Assembly: GCA_004431415.1 (NCBI GenBank)
Contig: QPMI01000206.1
Coordinates: 111,446-175,445 of the forward strand
From: Cyanophora paradoxa CCMP329
Lineage: Eukaryota; Plantae; Glaucophyta
DNA length: 64,000 bases
Direction: 5' to 3'
Shown here: positions 48,901-61,390 of the stretch, one piece after another
How the letters are laid out: each line of letters opens with the position of its first letter
Numbering within the stretch: the stretch's first letter is position 1
Notes under the pieces: generated by a model
Seen by the model: the letters and a program-made list of their open reading frames with translations, nothing else
Database searches by the model: none
Told to the model about the DNA's origin: nothing
Made by a program: the position numbers and the translations under genes

Positions 48901-51059
48901 CCAAGCGCATGTCGGGCACGTCGATGGCGACTCCGATCGCCGCGGGCGCGGCGGCGTTGGTACGGCAGTACCTGACGGAGGGGTGGTACCCCTCGGGCGC
49001 CAAGAAGGAGGGGGACGCGATCGCGAGCCCGCCTGCGGCGCTCATCCGCGCGATGATGATCGCCTCGACGACGCACGTCTCCTGCTGCAAGAACGACGGC
49101 TCCAACGCCCGTGCGCCCCTCCCGCCCCGTCGCCCGCCCCTCACCCGGCCCGACCCGACGTGACCCGGGCGGGGCGCGGGGGCAGCGCTCTCGCTGCCGC
49201 CGAACAAGGACGAGGGCTTCGGCTCCCTCAACCTTGCCAACATCCTCCGCTTCGAGGACAGGCCCGCCCTCTCCGCCCCCCCCGCCCCCCGCGCCGCCTC
49301 GCCGCTGACGGCCGCGCCGCAGCTCCTTCTCGCTCTACATGGACTACAACCGCGCCCTCGCGCACCGCAACTCGGCCGGCTACTGCTTCACCGTCGGCAA
49401 CAAGCTGCCCCTCACGTCCGCCCCCCGCTCCCCTCCCAGCCTCGGCCCCGCTCACGCTCTCCGCCCCGCCCCTCCCCGCCCCGCCGCGCAGGGTGACGCT
49501 GGCGTGGACCGACGCGCCCGGCTCGACCACCTCGGTCGCCCCCCTCGTCAACGACCTCGACCTCCAGGCCCGCCCCGTCGCCCCGCCCCGCCCTGCGCCG
49601 CCCGGCTAGGGCTCAACCCGGAGTGCAGGTATGGGAGTTCGGGCCGGGGGCGTGGCACCCCTACTACCCCAACACGCCCGACTTCGACTACGGCACTCAG
49701 CGCGCCGACCGCATGAACAACGTGGAGAAGGTCCGCACGCGTACCCCTTGCCCCAACCCGTCCCGCACCCTGGGGGGCTGCTCACACCACGTACCCCTCC
49801 TCCAGATCGTACTGCAGAAGCCCAACAAGGATATCTTCTACTACGTCTCCGTCCGCGCCTTCAACATCCCCGTACCCAAGTGCATCCTTCTGAGCTGCCT
49901 CCTCGGATCCTGCAAGGCGTGCTGAGTCTCTCCGCTCGCAGGGTCGTGGGTTCGGTCTCGGGGCAGGACTACGCCCTCGTCGTGAAGGGGGACAACGTCA
50001 AGCTGACGACGGGCTGCCCTACCCCCCCGGACCTCGGCGTCCTCTCCACCGTCGACGAGAACTCGTACCCCTCCCGTGAGCCTCCCCCTTTCTCGTTCTT
50101 TCTTTTCTTGTTGACCTGGGGGAGCAGCGCCGGCGCGGGAGACGACGGGCCACAGCATCGTACCCCGCATCTGGGTGGACCGCGCCTTCGCCCAGCAGGA
50201 CCTCTCCGCCAGCACCGTCACCTCGGTACCCCCTCCCTCCCTCCTTCCGGCGTCGTACCCCCCTGAGACCTCCCCCCCGCAGATCTCGAAGAACGTGGCC
50301 GCCGGCCTCGAGATCCCCGCGACCCGCGTCAAAGTCATCCTGATCGTGCGCGGGGGCTGGCCCCAGTGCCTGTACCCCTCTGGCCCCCCTCACTCCGCCT
50401 GGCAGGGGAACTACATCAAGGACAGGACGACGGGGGAGGTCCGCGGCTGGGTCTTCCTCGACATCCGCCTCGCGGCCGCCTCCGAGTTCCAGGCCACCCT
50501 GGACGCCCTGCGCACCTTCCTCCAGGTCCGCCCGGGGCCCCGGCTGGGCAGCGCCCTCTCCCTCCCTTTCCCCTCTCTCTCCCGTCCCGACGCCCCCGGG
50601 CGCGCAGGGCAACGCGCTGGCGGGCATCTACAAGATGATGCCGAACGGGCTCTCCGTCAACTCGACGGCGCCCCTGGAGTGGCGCGTCGACCCCAACCAG
50701 GTGCCCCTCCCCCGCGCCCCCCCCTCAGAGACGCACCCCGAGGCTGACGGCGGCGGGGCGCGCGCGCCCAGATCTTCTCGGGGGTGAACAGCGTCTCCTC
50801 GGGCCAGGGGGTGGCGAGCCCCAGCGCCGGCTCCTACTCCTCCTCCTCGGGCTCGGGCTCCTCCTCCTCCTCGGGCTCGTCGACCTCGCCGGGCCGCATG
50901 GGGGCCTCCATCGGCGCCACCACCGGCAGCAGCTCCTCCTCCTCAGCCGCCACGCCCACCGCCCGGCCGGGCCTCTCCCCGCTCGCCCTCGCCGCCGCGG
51001 CCCTCGCCGCTCTCCTGGGCAATCTTCTCCTCCACCGGGCCCCCACGCGGGCCTGCTAG
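45921..51059 (+). CDS. Secreted subtilisin-like serine protease (S8, Kp43/Tag-like) with Ser-rich linker and hydrophobic tail
   Basis: N-terminal signal peptide; catalytic motifs IGIGDSGID, GHGTHVAGS, LFAAGNDG and MSGTSMATP; RIKPDLVAPG; C-terminal domain VTLAWTD...LVNDLDL...NNVEK. Confidence 0.9.
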
Positions 51060-51277
51060 CGCCAGCCGAGGGCGCGCGAGCTGTGACTCCTCCCCCTTTC
51101 CGGACACCGTTCTTTTTATGTATTACTGTAGCAGGCATGTATCTGTATTCTTTGCAATTGCGCACGAGTACATCGCGATTTTTCGCTGTAGGCTGAACTC
51201 GAAGGCAACTTCATACCGTACCCGGCGGAGACTTTACCCCCCGGCAAGCAGCAATGCTAGTGGAGCAGCGGTCAGCA

Positions 51278-51562
51278 AGCATGCAGCGGGCAGTTGCTTT
51301 CAGTTGGTAGCATCTTAGCGGTAAAGCTTCTCAGAAACAAAGAATGGCGACCCGCGGCCGTCACATTGGTAGCATTAGAGGCCTGCAGCGCGATCAGCGA
51401 GCATGCAGCGGAGCAGCCGCTGCATGTGGTAGCATCGGAGCGGTAAAGCGTCTCAGAAACAAAGAATGGAGGCCAGCCCATTATAAAGCAGAAGATGGTC
51501 AGCACAACGCGATCAGCGAGCATGCAGCGGAGCAGCCGCTGCATGTGGTAGCATCGGAGCGT
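51278..51562. repeat. ~120-bp period direct repeat, about 2.4 copies
   Basis: Units start at 51278, 51400 and 51519 (AGCATGCAGCGG...TGGTAGCATC...GTAAAGC.TCTCAGAAACAAAGAATGG). Copies 2 and 3 share a ~54-bp identical block. Confidence 0.85.
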
Positions 51563-52031
51563 TTTAAAAACTTTACAAAAACACGTTGTGAAACCAGCTG
51601 CGGGACGTCGTCGGCCAACATCCGCAAGTGGGCGCTCATGTGCGAAGCCCGTCCTTCGTTGCTAGCTCTCATCGCGACCTTGACACTCTTGCCAGAACTG
51701 ATGCCGATCCAGGACGCGGGGAATCTTCGGAATCTTCGCTCAAACCGCGCCTGCCTTGCTAACGCATGTGCCCAGCCACGTGCTTCTATGTCGCCGGAGG
51801 TCCTAGGTGAGTGCATCAGTGATTGCACAATGTCAAGCAGGTCACGAACAGCTGGGTGATCGTGATGGCGCGATAGGAATCCAGCTAGTGCCCGTCCATA
51901 GCGCCTGCCAAGTTCTGCCCGGGCTGCAGCCTGTATGCAGGTTTTTGTGACGCGTATGTACACATTGAAATGTCAAGATGAAACTGAAGTTATCTGGCTA
52001 CCGTAGCGCTGCGCCTGAGAGGGAAAGCTTC

Positions 52032-52771
52032 CTATAGCTGGAGCTGTTTCTCGCGCTTGATGTCCTCAGCGAGAACTGTCCCAAGCTGCACGCGCCCAAC
52101 TTGGCTCTCGTCGATGCCGTCGCGATCGGGTGCTCCCACGGGGTGCTCGGCCGCGACCCCGGCCGCCGGCTCGGAATCCGCCGATGCTTCCTCCAATGGC
52201 GCCTCGCCCCTCTCCTTGCGAAGCCGCGCCAGGCGCTGCCGGTTCCTCTTCGTGAGCACCCGATGCGTGCGCGCCTTCTCCTCCTCGCTCATCTGCAAGC
52301 GCTCAGCTTCACGCGCAGATGCAGCTCGGCGGCACCGGCGCGCACTTTTTCCCAGTTTGCGATCCTTGAGAGCCGCCCGTCCTCGTGCACTGCGGGGCGT
52401 GAGCAGCGGGACGTGCAAGCTGCTCGCGAGACGCACCTACGAGCGGGCCGAGCTCCTTCTCCAAGTTTATGGACGCGGAGCCGGAGGACATGTCGACTTT
52501 CTTCGCGGCGCCGTCGTGCACATACGCTTCAGGCAGCTCGAGCTTCTCTCCAATTTGTGGTGCAGCCCTTAGCGCATCGTGCACTCCGTCACCCTCCTGT
52601 GCGTACTTGCTCCCGGCCTCGGCGACCTGGGCGAACTTCGGAGTGGCAAGTCAGTGCGCGCGAGGCAGCGAATCAGGATGCCGAGCGAACCGCCAGGATG
52701 CAAATTGCGACCAGCAGCGTCGCCCGGAGCAGCGCTGGCGGCCTCCTCGACAGCGTGGCCGCCGCTGACAT
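52032..52771 (-). CDS. Conserved small protein with LGPxVVxxDGxLSRIxNW motif and N-terminal signal peptide
   Basis: Four exons splice to MSAAATLSRRPPALLRATLLVAICILAFAQVAEA...LEKELGPLVVHEDGRLSRIANWEKMSEEEKARTHRVLTKRNRQRLARLRKE. I recall this motif from an uncharacterised family in fungi and protists; not verified by search. Confidence 0.7.
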
Positions 52772-53023
52772 GGCAGGTTGACGCTGATTCGCTTTCTTCC
52801 TGCTTGCGGGGCTTAGCTGAGTTGAGCTGAGTTGCGCGCTTGGCTGAGCGAAGCACTGTACATGTGGCAGTACCGCTAGGTGGTGTCTGCTACCCCCCTC
52901 CGACCACGACTCCACGACTCACCCGGTCCACGAGTCCACGACTCCAGGTTAGGCCCAGCGTGCAGGGCCTCTACCGGCCCCAAGAGCTTCGATCCGAGCG
53001 CATGCAGCGATAGAGCGCGCCCG

Positions 53024-56000
53024 ATGCAGGCGCGATGGGCGCGCGTCGGCTACCTGGGGCCCGTGCACAGCGTCTGCGTGGATCGCGAGACGGGCCTCGT
53101 CTTCTCCGCAAGCGGGCCGTACGTGCGGGCGCACGCGCTCGCGACCGGCGACGCGGTCCTCGAGGCCGATGCACTCCCCGGCGGCCGCATCCACCGCGTG
53201 CAGTTTGAGAGCGACCCGAGCGGCGGCGCTGGGGCGCATGCGCTCATCTTGCACGGCGGGCGGCAGCTGCGGCTCTTCCGCCTCGCGGTCGGCCCCGCCG
53301 CGGCCGAAGCGGGCGGCGGTCGCCTCTGCAGCACCCAGCTCGAGCTGGCGGGCGTGTGGAGCGCGCCGGATTGGATCCTGGAGTCGCAGCTGTGCCCGCT
53401 CAGCGGGCGCCTCGTCGCGGCCCTCGCGCACAACGAGCTCGCCGCGTTCCAATTTGATCTCACGACGGCCGCGGACGTCGACGGCCGGCCGGCCGCGCTG
53501 GCCCCCGCCCGCGTCCGCTCCCCGCCGGCGGTGCTCGCGGCGTCCGCGGCGCTGCGGGAGGCGGCCCGCGGCCGCGTCGAGTGCGCCTTCGGGACCTTCT
53601 TTGGGGACGTCCTCCTCTGGACGGCCGACCTGGACGCCGGGGCGCCCGCCGGCCCGCCCCAGCGTCTCTCCGGCGCCCGCGGCAAGGTCCGCGGCGCCCT
53701 TCCTTCTCCCTCATCCTCCTGCCCCCCCGGCACCCCCCCGCGCGCTCAGGTCGCTCAGGTGGCGCGCGTGCGCTGGTGCGAGGGCGGCGCGGCGCTGCTG
53801 AGCGCCGGTGAGGACCGCGCCGTGCGCCTCTGGCGGCGCGCCCCGGACGGGGCCTGGCTCCCCGCCCTCGCCGCCTTCGGCCACGAGGGCTGGGTCCGCT
53901 CGAGCTTTCGCCCCCGCACACCGTTCGCGCCCGTAACGCCCCGCCAGGTCTGGGACGCGGTGCGGCTGGGCCCGCTGGTCGTGAGCGTAGGGGAGGACCT
54001 CACCGCCCGCGCCTTCGACGCCGCCACCGGCCGCTGCGCCGCCGTCCTCCGAGCCCGTCTACCGCCTGCAGCTGTTGCGGGGGCGGGGCGGCTGAGGCCG
54101 GGGGGCGCAGGGCCACCGGGGGCGGCACGTGTGGTGCGCCGCGGCGGACGAGGCGAGCGGCGCCGTCGTGACGGGGGGCGAGGGTGCGCGGCCCCTGCGA
54201 GGGGGGCGGGGGGCCCCGGCGCCCCTCACCCGTTGTCTTTCTCCCCCGCAGACGCGTCGGTGAAGGTCTGGGACCTCAGGGAAGCCCTCGAGGCCGCCCG
54301 GGGGGTACAGGAAGACGGTCCCGCGGCGGCCGGCCCCCGTCCGGACGGCTGGCGCGAGGCGGTGCGCCCTTCGGGTCTGGGGGACCCGCGGGGACGGGGT
54401 ACGCGATTGAACGGACCGCCGCAGTCGGTGCCCCTCCCGCACGCGGACGAAGCGAAGCAGGGCGGCGTGCGCGCCGCGCCCGTACCCCCGCCGCCCCTCG
54501 GGACGGGCGTAACGCAGCACCCCGCAGGGCGTCTTCGTGAAGGGGATGGCGGTGCTCGGTGGCGGGGCGCGCTGCCTCGCGGCGCTCTCCACGGGGGAGC
54601 TGCTGGCCCTGTACCCCCTCCTCCGGCCGCACGAGCCTCCCCGGCTGGAGGTCGCCTGGAGGCCGGAGGGGGGGAGGGAGGGAGACGGTCCGCCCGCGCC
54701 CCGGCCCGTCAGCTGCATGGACGCGGTCACGGGTGCGATGTACCCCCTCGCGGAGCTTCCCGCGTGAACGCTGTACCCCCCGCAGCGCGCGGCGGCGGGG
54801 TAGAGGACAGTAGCGACGACGAGCCCGAAGACGACTCCGAGGGCGGCGAGTGGATCGGTACCCCTTCCCGCTCTTGCCCACACTTCCTGCCCTTCGAACC
54901 ACGTACCCCGCAGAGGACCGCGCGGTGCTGGGCTCCCCGTTCGGGGACCTCTCCTTCGTTCGCTGTCTCCTACCCCCGAACGGCGACGGGGGGTACCGCT
55001 CCTGGGCCACCTCCCTCCCCTCCGGGGACTCCACCGTGCGCCACGCGCGCCCGTACCCCTTCCCCCTGCGTCTGATCCACCCTGCCCCCCCAGGTCCTGG
55101 ACGTCTACTTCCCCCACCCCGGCCTGGCCATCTCCGCCGAGCCTCGCCAGGTCTCCGCTCTCTGTACCCCCGTCCTCGTTCCATTTCCGATCGCGTACCC
55201 CCCCAGGGCGGCCTCCTCCGGACGTGGCTGGTTGCGGGGCCGCCCGGCGGGGGGCCGGGGCCCCCTGCCGTTCTTGCCGGGCCCAGTGCGCCCCATTTTC
55301 GTCGGACCAATTCAATTCCGTCTCTCTGCAGCCGCCTCCGAACCGCCGCGCAGCGCTCCGGACTGCGGACGGGCACCGCGTGACGTCGGTCGCGGCGATG
55401 GACCGCGGCCCGCGGGGGTACCTTCTCTTCTGCGGCGACCGGCGGGGCAACATGACTGTCTTCCGCGTACCCCGGGCGGAGGCCTCCCCCGGGCCCCTGG
55501 CGCCCCTGCAGGCGAGGCGGCCGCGCCCGCCGCCTCTCCGTTCCTTTCTCTCAGCGGCCGCCGCGCAGACGCTGCACCGGCTGCACGGGACGGAGGCCGT
55601 CGCGCGGGCGCTGGTGGCGGCCGGCGGGGCGCAGCTCTGGTCCGTCGGGCACGACGGCTGCCTCGCCCGCGCCTCCCTCCGCCCCGACGCCGTGCGCCCG
55701 CTTCCTTCCGTACCCCCGGCCCGCCCCTTCCCCCCTCGAGCGTGACGTCTGCAGGAAGCGCCCCTGCGCCCCACGAGCTCGCAGCGCGTGTCGGCCACCG
55801 TCGGGTACGTGTCGTCGGAACCAGAAACTCTTATGTCGACCGGATTCGAACCCGTGGATCGCAGGAACGTACCGGGCGGTCTGTGGGAGGCGGCGGGCGG
55901 CGACGCAGTCGTGGGCGGCTTCGTCGCCGGCGAGCTCCTCTTCTGGCGAGCCCGTACCCCCCAGAGCCGCGTCCCCCCCTCCCTCGCCGCCGCTCACCTC

Positions 56001-57883
56001 TGCGCAGGAACGCGGGGCAGGGGGCGCCGGTGGGGCGGGCGCCGCTGGCGGGCCACAAGCAGCCGCACGCGGCGGCCGTGCTGGCGTCGGGGCGGCGGCT
56101 CGTCTGCCTGCGCGCCGCCGGCGGCCGCCTGCACGTCGCCCGCCCCTCCGGCGTCGAGGTGCCTCCCCCTCCTCGTCCCTTCCCGCCCCGTTGCTTAGCT
56201 TGGGGAGCAGGGGGAGGAGGAGGAGTCCCGTGCGGTCCCGCGGTCCATCGGGGGCCCCTTCCACGGCCGCGAGGCGCGGGCGGTCGTCTCCCTTCCGCTG
56301 CGCCTCCCCGGCCCCGGCCCCGGCCCCGGGGCGCTGCTGGCGACGGGCGGGGAGGACACGACGGTGCTTCTGCTGCGGGGGGACCCCGGGCGCGGGCGCG
56401 GGCTCGCGGTGGCCCAGTCTCTGCACGCGCACCCCTGCGCCGTCCGCTGCCTCGCCGCCGCGCCCCTCGGCCCCGCCTCCGCCCTCCTCTTCTCCGGGGG
56501 AGGCAAGGAGTGCGTCGTGGCATGGCTCGTCGAGGTGCGGGGGGTACGCGTTCCGCTGTCGCCTCCTCACCTGAGGCCCTCCCGCCCCAGGCGGAAGGCG
56601 GGCAGCTCCGGTGCGAGCGGCTGGCCCTGGACGCCCCGGCGCAGGTCCGAGTCCCGGCTCGCCCGCCTGGTTCCGCTCATGATCAGGACCCGCCTGGCAG
56701 GCGGGGACGGACCAGCGGGTGATGGCCCTGGCGCTCCTCCCGCCCCCTCCGGATTCGAACCCGCCCGCGGCCCTCGCCCTCGCCGCGTGCCTCTCGGACG
56801 GCACCCTCCGCCTCTTCGACTTCGACGTACCCCCCCGCGCCCTCCGGCGCCGGCCGGGCGCGCCCCCCCGCGGCCACTCCGGGGCGCTGCTCTCCGCCTG
56901 CGCCCTCCGCGCCGCCGGCCGCGGCCTCCTCTTCACGGGGGGTACCGACGGCCGCCTCTGCCTCTGGGCCTTCGACGACCCGGAGCCCTGTACCCCGCCC
57001 GCGCCCGGGGCGGCCAGCTCCCTGCACGCCGGCCTCCGGCGGCGGAGGCGGCGGGCCCGTCCGGGGGCCGGGGCGGAGGGCGCGTGCGGGGAAGAGGAGG
57101 AGGAGGCGGCGGCCCCGCTGGTCCAGTGGCCGGGCCAGCACCGCTTGGGAGTCAACTGCCTCGCCGCCGCCGCGCGCCCAGCCCGGACCCGCCCCGCATT
57201 CCTCTACCCCCCTGACCCGGGCCCGCAGGTGTGCGCGGAGGGCGGCCTGCTGGCCGTCGCCTCGGGGGGCGACGACCAGGTGCGGAGCCTGTGCTCCCTT
57301 GCCCTTTCTTCCCCCTCCCCTTCTTACCCCTCCCCTTCTTACCCCTCCACTCAGTCCGTCGTCGTCCGGTGGCTCCTCTTCCCCCCGGGGGAGGCCGCCG
57401 GTACCCCCCAGGAGGCCGCCTTCGTTCGCCTGGAGTCGGCCCACGCCTCCGCGGTTCGCGGCATCGCAGCCTTTCCCGTACCCCGGAGGCGCGCCCCCCG
57501 TTCTTCCTGCGCTACGGTTCCATCTCTGACGAGAAAGTGGCAGCCGGGACGTGTGGCTAGTGACGTGCGGCTGGGACCAGCGCGCCCGCGCCTGGCGAGC
57601 CTCTTTCGCGAACGGCCAAGTCCAGGCCCTCGGCGGGCGCGCCGTACCCCCTCCACCTCCTACCAGTACCCCCTCCGGGATCTCTGACGCGCGTACCCCG
57701 GGCCCCAGGTGCCTGCTGGAGGTGGCGGACGTGAGCGGCATGGACGCGCGCCTCGTGGAGGGGGGTACGGGCGCGTGCGGGCCCGGGGGGGAGGAGTCGG
57801 CGCCGGATACGGAGCTCCTCGTCGAGTGCCACTTCGCGGGGGTCGGGCTGCAGCGCTCCCTCCTCCGAATCCCGTACCCCTAG
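53024..57883 (+). CDS. WDR6: WD40-repeat protein, WDR6/Trm734-like (tRNA 2'-O-methylation cofactor)
   Basis: Ordered motifs: SAGEDRAVRLW, FGHEGWVWD, SVGEDLT, GHRGRHVW, ASVKVWDL, CGDRRGN, LHG, FHGRE, LATGGEDT, LFSGGG, SDGTLRLF, TGGTDGRLCLW, HRLGVNCL, VASGGDDQ, AHASAV, DQR, VADV, GVGLQ. Confidence 0.82.
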
Positions 57884-58294
57884 CCTAGTAGAGCCCCGCC
57901 GGGCGCCCCCGGAATTCGATCCCCAGCTCGATCGAGTAGTAGCTAGCTCTCGGTATTTAGGCTCGGCCAGCGCTTCCAAGTTCGTTGCTAGCGCTAGCGC
58001 TAGGCGAGTGCTAGGCCCTGAGGCCAGAAGTTTTGGTTCCGATTGGTGAAGGCGATTGATAGATCATGAGATGACAGACTCTCGGGACAACGTGAAGGCT
58101 TGGAATCCAAATAAAACGCGCCTAAAGGCATAACGACGAGGACAACTGCGGCAACGACTGCGAAATCCCTATGTACAGGCCTCTGAAGAAGTAACTCACA
58201 TAAAGCGAAGCAAATGCGGGCGCTGGCAGTAGCCCCAGCAACGGTCAGCAGCCTCGGCACAGCCATAGTTGGGCGGGCCGGCGGGGCGGGCCCC

Positions 58295-60316
58295 TCACAG
58301 GGCGAAGCGCTGCATGGCGCCCGGGCCGGGCCGCTGCGACTCGGAGACGCTGGCGGCGGGGACGAAGGGCGAGGGGCGGCCGGCGCCGGTCGGCTGGAGG
58401 GAGGGCGAGCGGGGCGGGTAGTGCGCGCTGCCGCCGGCGCCGAAGCCGGGGCCGCCGCTGCCGGCGGGGGCGAGGCGGTACTGGCCCGTGGCGAGGTACT
58501 CCCGCAGGACCCCGACGACCCCGTCGATGTCGTGGTTGTACGAGTCCACCTGCCGGCGCGCACCGTGTGGGCGAGCCCTCGCGGTCGCGGGGGCGGGGCG
58601 GGGCGGCGGCGGGGGCGCACCACGCGCTGCCGCTGCTGGAACGCCTCGTTCGGCTCCCCCTGCTGCCTCTCCGGCGCCTGCGGGGGGTACGCGTTCAGGA
58701 AGGGAGGGGAGAGGACGTTCCCGGGGGGTACGGGTGCGGGCGCGCGCCCGCTTCTTCTTGTACTCGAGGCGCTCGACGTCGGAGGGGTCGAGGCGCACGC
58801 CGGCCTGGAAGAGGGCGTCCAGAGTCTTCTTCGGCTCCTTTTGCCTGCGAAGCGGAGCTAAGGGGGGCAGAGAGGAGGGAAGAGGAAGGGGGCGGGGCGG
58901 GGACCTGAGGGCGGCCTGGATGGCCCAGTGGACGAGGACCGAGTCCCCGGAGACGTCCCGCTCGTTCAGCTGCGCGCCCCGCGACGCGAAGAGCTGCCGC
59001 AGGGATAAGAAAAGGGATTGGGGGGAGAAGCGGCGGGGGGGTACCTGGATGCACTCCTCGACCTTGTTGGTCTTGATGAGGTGGAAGAGGGCCTTCGCCG
59101 CGTGCCTGCGCGCCCGCGCTCGGGCGGGGGGAGGGGTAGGGGGACAAAGAGGGCGGGAGGGGTACGCACATCATCGCCGTCGCGCCGTCTCGGTCGCTGG
59201 GGGCGGGGCGGAGTGTCGGCGGCCCGGCGGGAAGAGGGCGGGAGCGGGCAGCGGAGAAGGGGCGGACCTGATGTTCACCGAAGCGCCGCGCTCGATCAGG
59301 AGGCGGACAGAGTCCATGTCGACGCTACCTGCGCCGGCCCCGGGGTGAGCAGAAACGAACGAAAAGGAGAGACAGGGCGGGCCGGAAGGAGGGCGGCGGA
59401 CCCGAAGCGAAGGCGTGCATGAGGGCGGTGCGCCCCTCGTTGTCGGTCGCCTGCACATCCGCCTGGCGCTCCACCATCGTCCGGACCAGGTCCGAGTTGG
59501 GCGGCGGGACCTGCGCCCGGCGGCCCCGACCCGCGTCGGCGCGGCGGCGGCTCGATCGGGGCATCGCGAGGCTCCGCGCGGGTGCCCTGCCGGGTAACAG
59601 GAACGAACCTCGGACAACAAGAGCATCTGCAGCGGAGTGACGCGCGAGTCAGGCGCGGGAGCACCCAACGGATCGGGAGAAAAAAGTAGAACGTGGGAAA
59701 AAGCGGACCAGAGGCGTGAGACCTTTCGCCGTCCTTCGCAAACCATTAGCTACGCTTAGCGATATGTCGAATGACCGTACCGCGCATCAAGGGCGGCGCC
59801 GCGGTCCAGAAGCGTCCTGCGGCGACACGTCAGGTGGCAGGGCAATGCGGCCGGGCGGACCGGCGGCGGGCGTGCCGTGCTGCATCGACGTGGCGGCTCT
59901 GAAGCGCCAGCATAAGCAATGTCCTCTGGCTGCCGTCCGAGACCCGGACGTCGGCGACGCCGCCCTGCGCGGCGAATCGGTCCAGGGCGTGCTGTGGTTA
60001 ACAACGAAAGGCATCAAGCTCGCCTCGTTGAAGTGCTTCATAAGAAGCGTCGTTATGCTCCCCGGGCTCGACATCGGGTTGGAGAGTTTGGTAACCTGCC
60101 GGAAAAGCGCCCGCGCCGCGTCAGAAGCGTACTCAGGCCGCAACGAGCGCTGAAACAGGCTCAAAGGCGCCCGTCAAGGTCACGTACGAGAGAAAGCTCG
60201 TGCTTCGTTTGAGCATACTTGAATGCAGCTGTTCCTGAGCCTGCCGAGCCCAGGCTGACCTCTATCGGCGCCGGTGGCGGCGCCGATGACTTGTGTTTCG
60301 ATAGTTTCTTGCCCAT
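58295..60316 (-). CDS. Ankyrin-repeat protein with predicted N-myristoylation
   Basis: Start MGKKLSKH. Exons give DGSQRTLLMLAL...HVDAARTLLDRGAALDAR, DNEGRTALMHA, SVRLLIERGASVNI and GAQLNERDVSGDS. Stop at 58295-58297. Confidence 0.8.
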
Positions 60317-60524
60317 GACCTCGGAGCTGGTGGGCAGTGGTGGTAGATTTGGGGGTACGGCCACTCGAACCAATCAGCGTGTCCAGCCGGGCCCTTTCAC
60401 GTGCGTACGCGCTCAATCGCCACGCTCGCTTGCTTCTGCCGCGATTTGCCCTCGCCGAGCTCGCCAGACGCGCTGAGAGCGCCGCGCGCTCCTCATCGCG
60501 CAGCGCTGCAGGTAATCATCGACA

Positions 60525-61062
60525 ATGGAGCGCGATCCGACCGGACTGCTCACCGATCAAGAGGTGAAGCGCCGAGCGGAGAAAGCGGGGGTCTCGGAGG
60601 AAGAGATTCGCCGTGACTTCGCCAGCCGCCCCGAGGCCGCGCAGAAGGGTGCGCGTTGGATTTCAATTTAGCGCCATATCGTGCACGCTGACGCGGTCTC
60701 CAGCGGCGAGCCTGCACAGGGCGGATGAGAGCGCGCTGGAGGAGGCCGAAGAGCTACGCGTGCGCATGCATCTTCCCTCCTGCCGTGACAAGGCGGGTGC
60801 CTCTCCTTATTGCGCTCGCACAGGAGAGGGCGGCGCACGCGCACGGACCCGTCCTGAAGAGCGAGACCGAGCGCCGCGAGGCCTGCCCGGCGCCACGCGA
60901 TGCGCATGCGTCCCTCGCGAGCTCGCCGAACTAATTCCGAACCCGCAGCACGATGCCCGCTCGGGCCATTCAGGAGCCAAACTCCCCTTCCCCTCCGTCG
61001 AGATGGCGGGGCGCTCAAAGGGGTCCGGCGCGTGGGCCGGAGACCGCCTTGACCTCGACTGA
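60525..61062 (+). CDS. Small hydrophilic hypothetical protein (4 exons)
   Basis: MERDPTGLLTDQEVKRRAEK...; three introns (two GT-AG, one GC-AG) keep the frame to ...AWAGDRLDLD*. Confidence 0.55.
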
Positions 61063-61390
61063 TCATTGCTTTTCATGAGCTACTCGTACGTCTACAGTTA
61101 GTACATTACTAATACTCGTACTTCTACAGTTAGCTATAGGCTCTTCCTGTACATAAATAACTTGTAAGACGCGGCGACTTGGGAAAGGGCCGAAGAAGTC
61201 GAATAAAGTGAACATGCCGAACGGGCAGAATCTTCTAGCTTCAAAGAAAATAGCGTTGGCGGTTTGAGGACAGCACTATAAACAGCGGGAAGAGAGAATA
61301 CGGAACTGCGACGATGCCAGGGGCCCGGGTGGGCCAAACTAGATTCTGAAATCGAAAATGTTTGAAAAAGAGTAGTCTGTCGGCGGCTTG

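Noticed and set aside
51278-51562. CRISPR-like repeat/spacer appearance
   Set aside because: Only about 2.4 units, constant block ~80 nt, eukaryotic context, and no cas genes.
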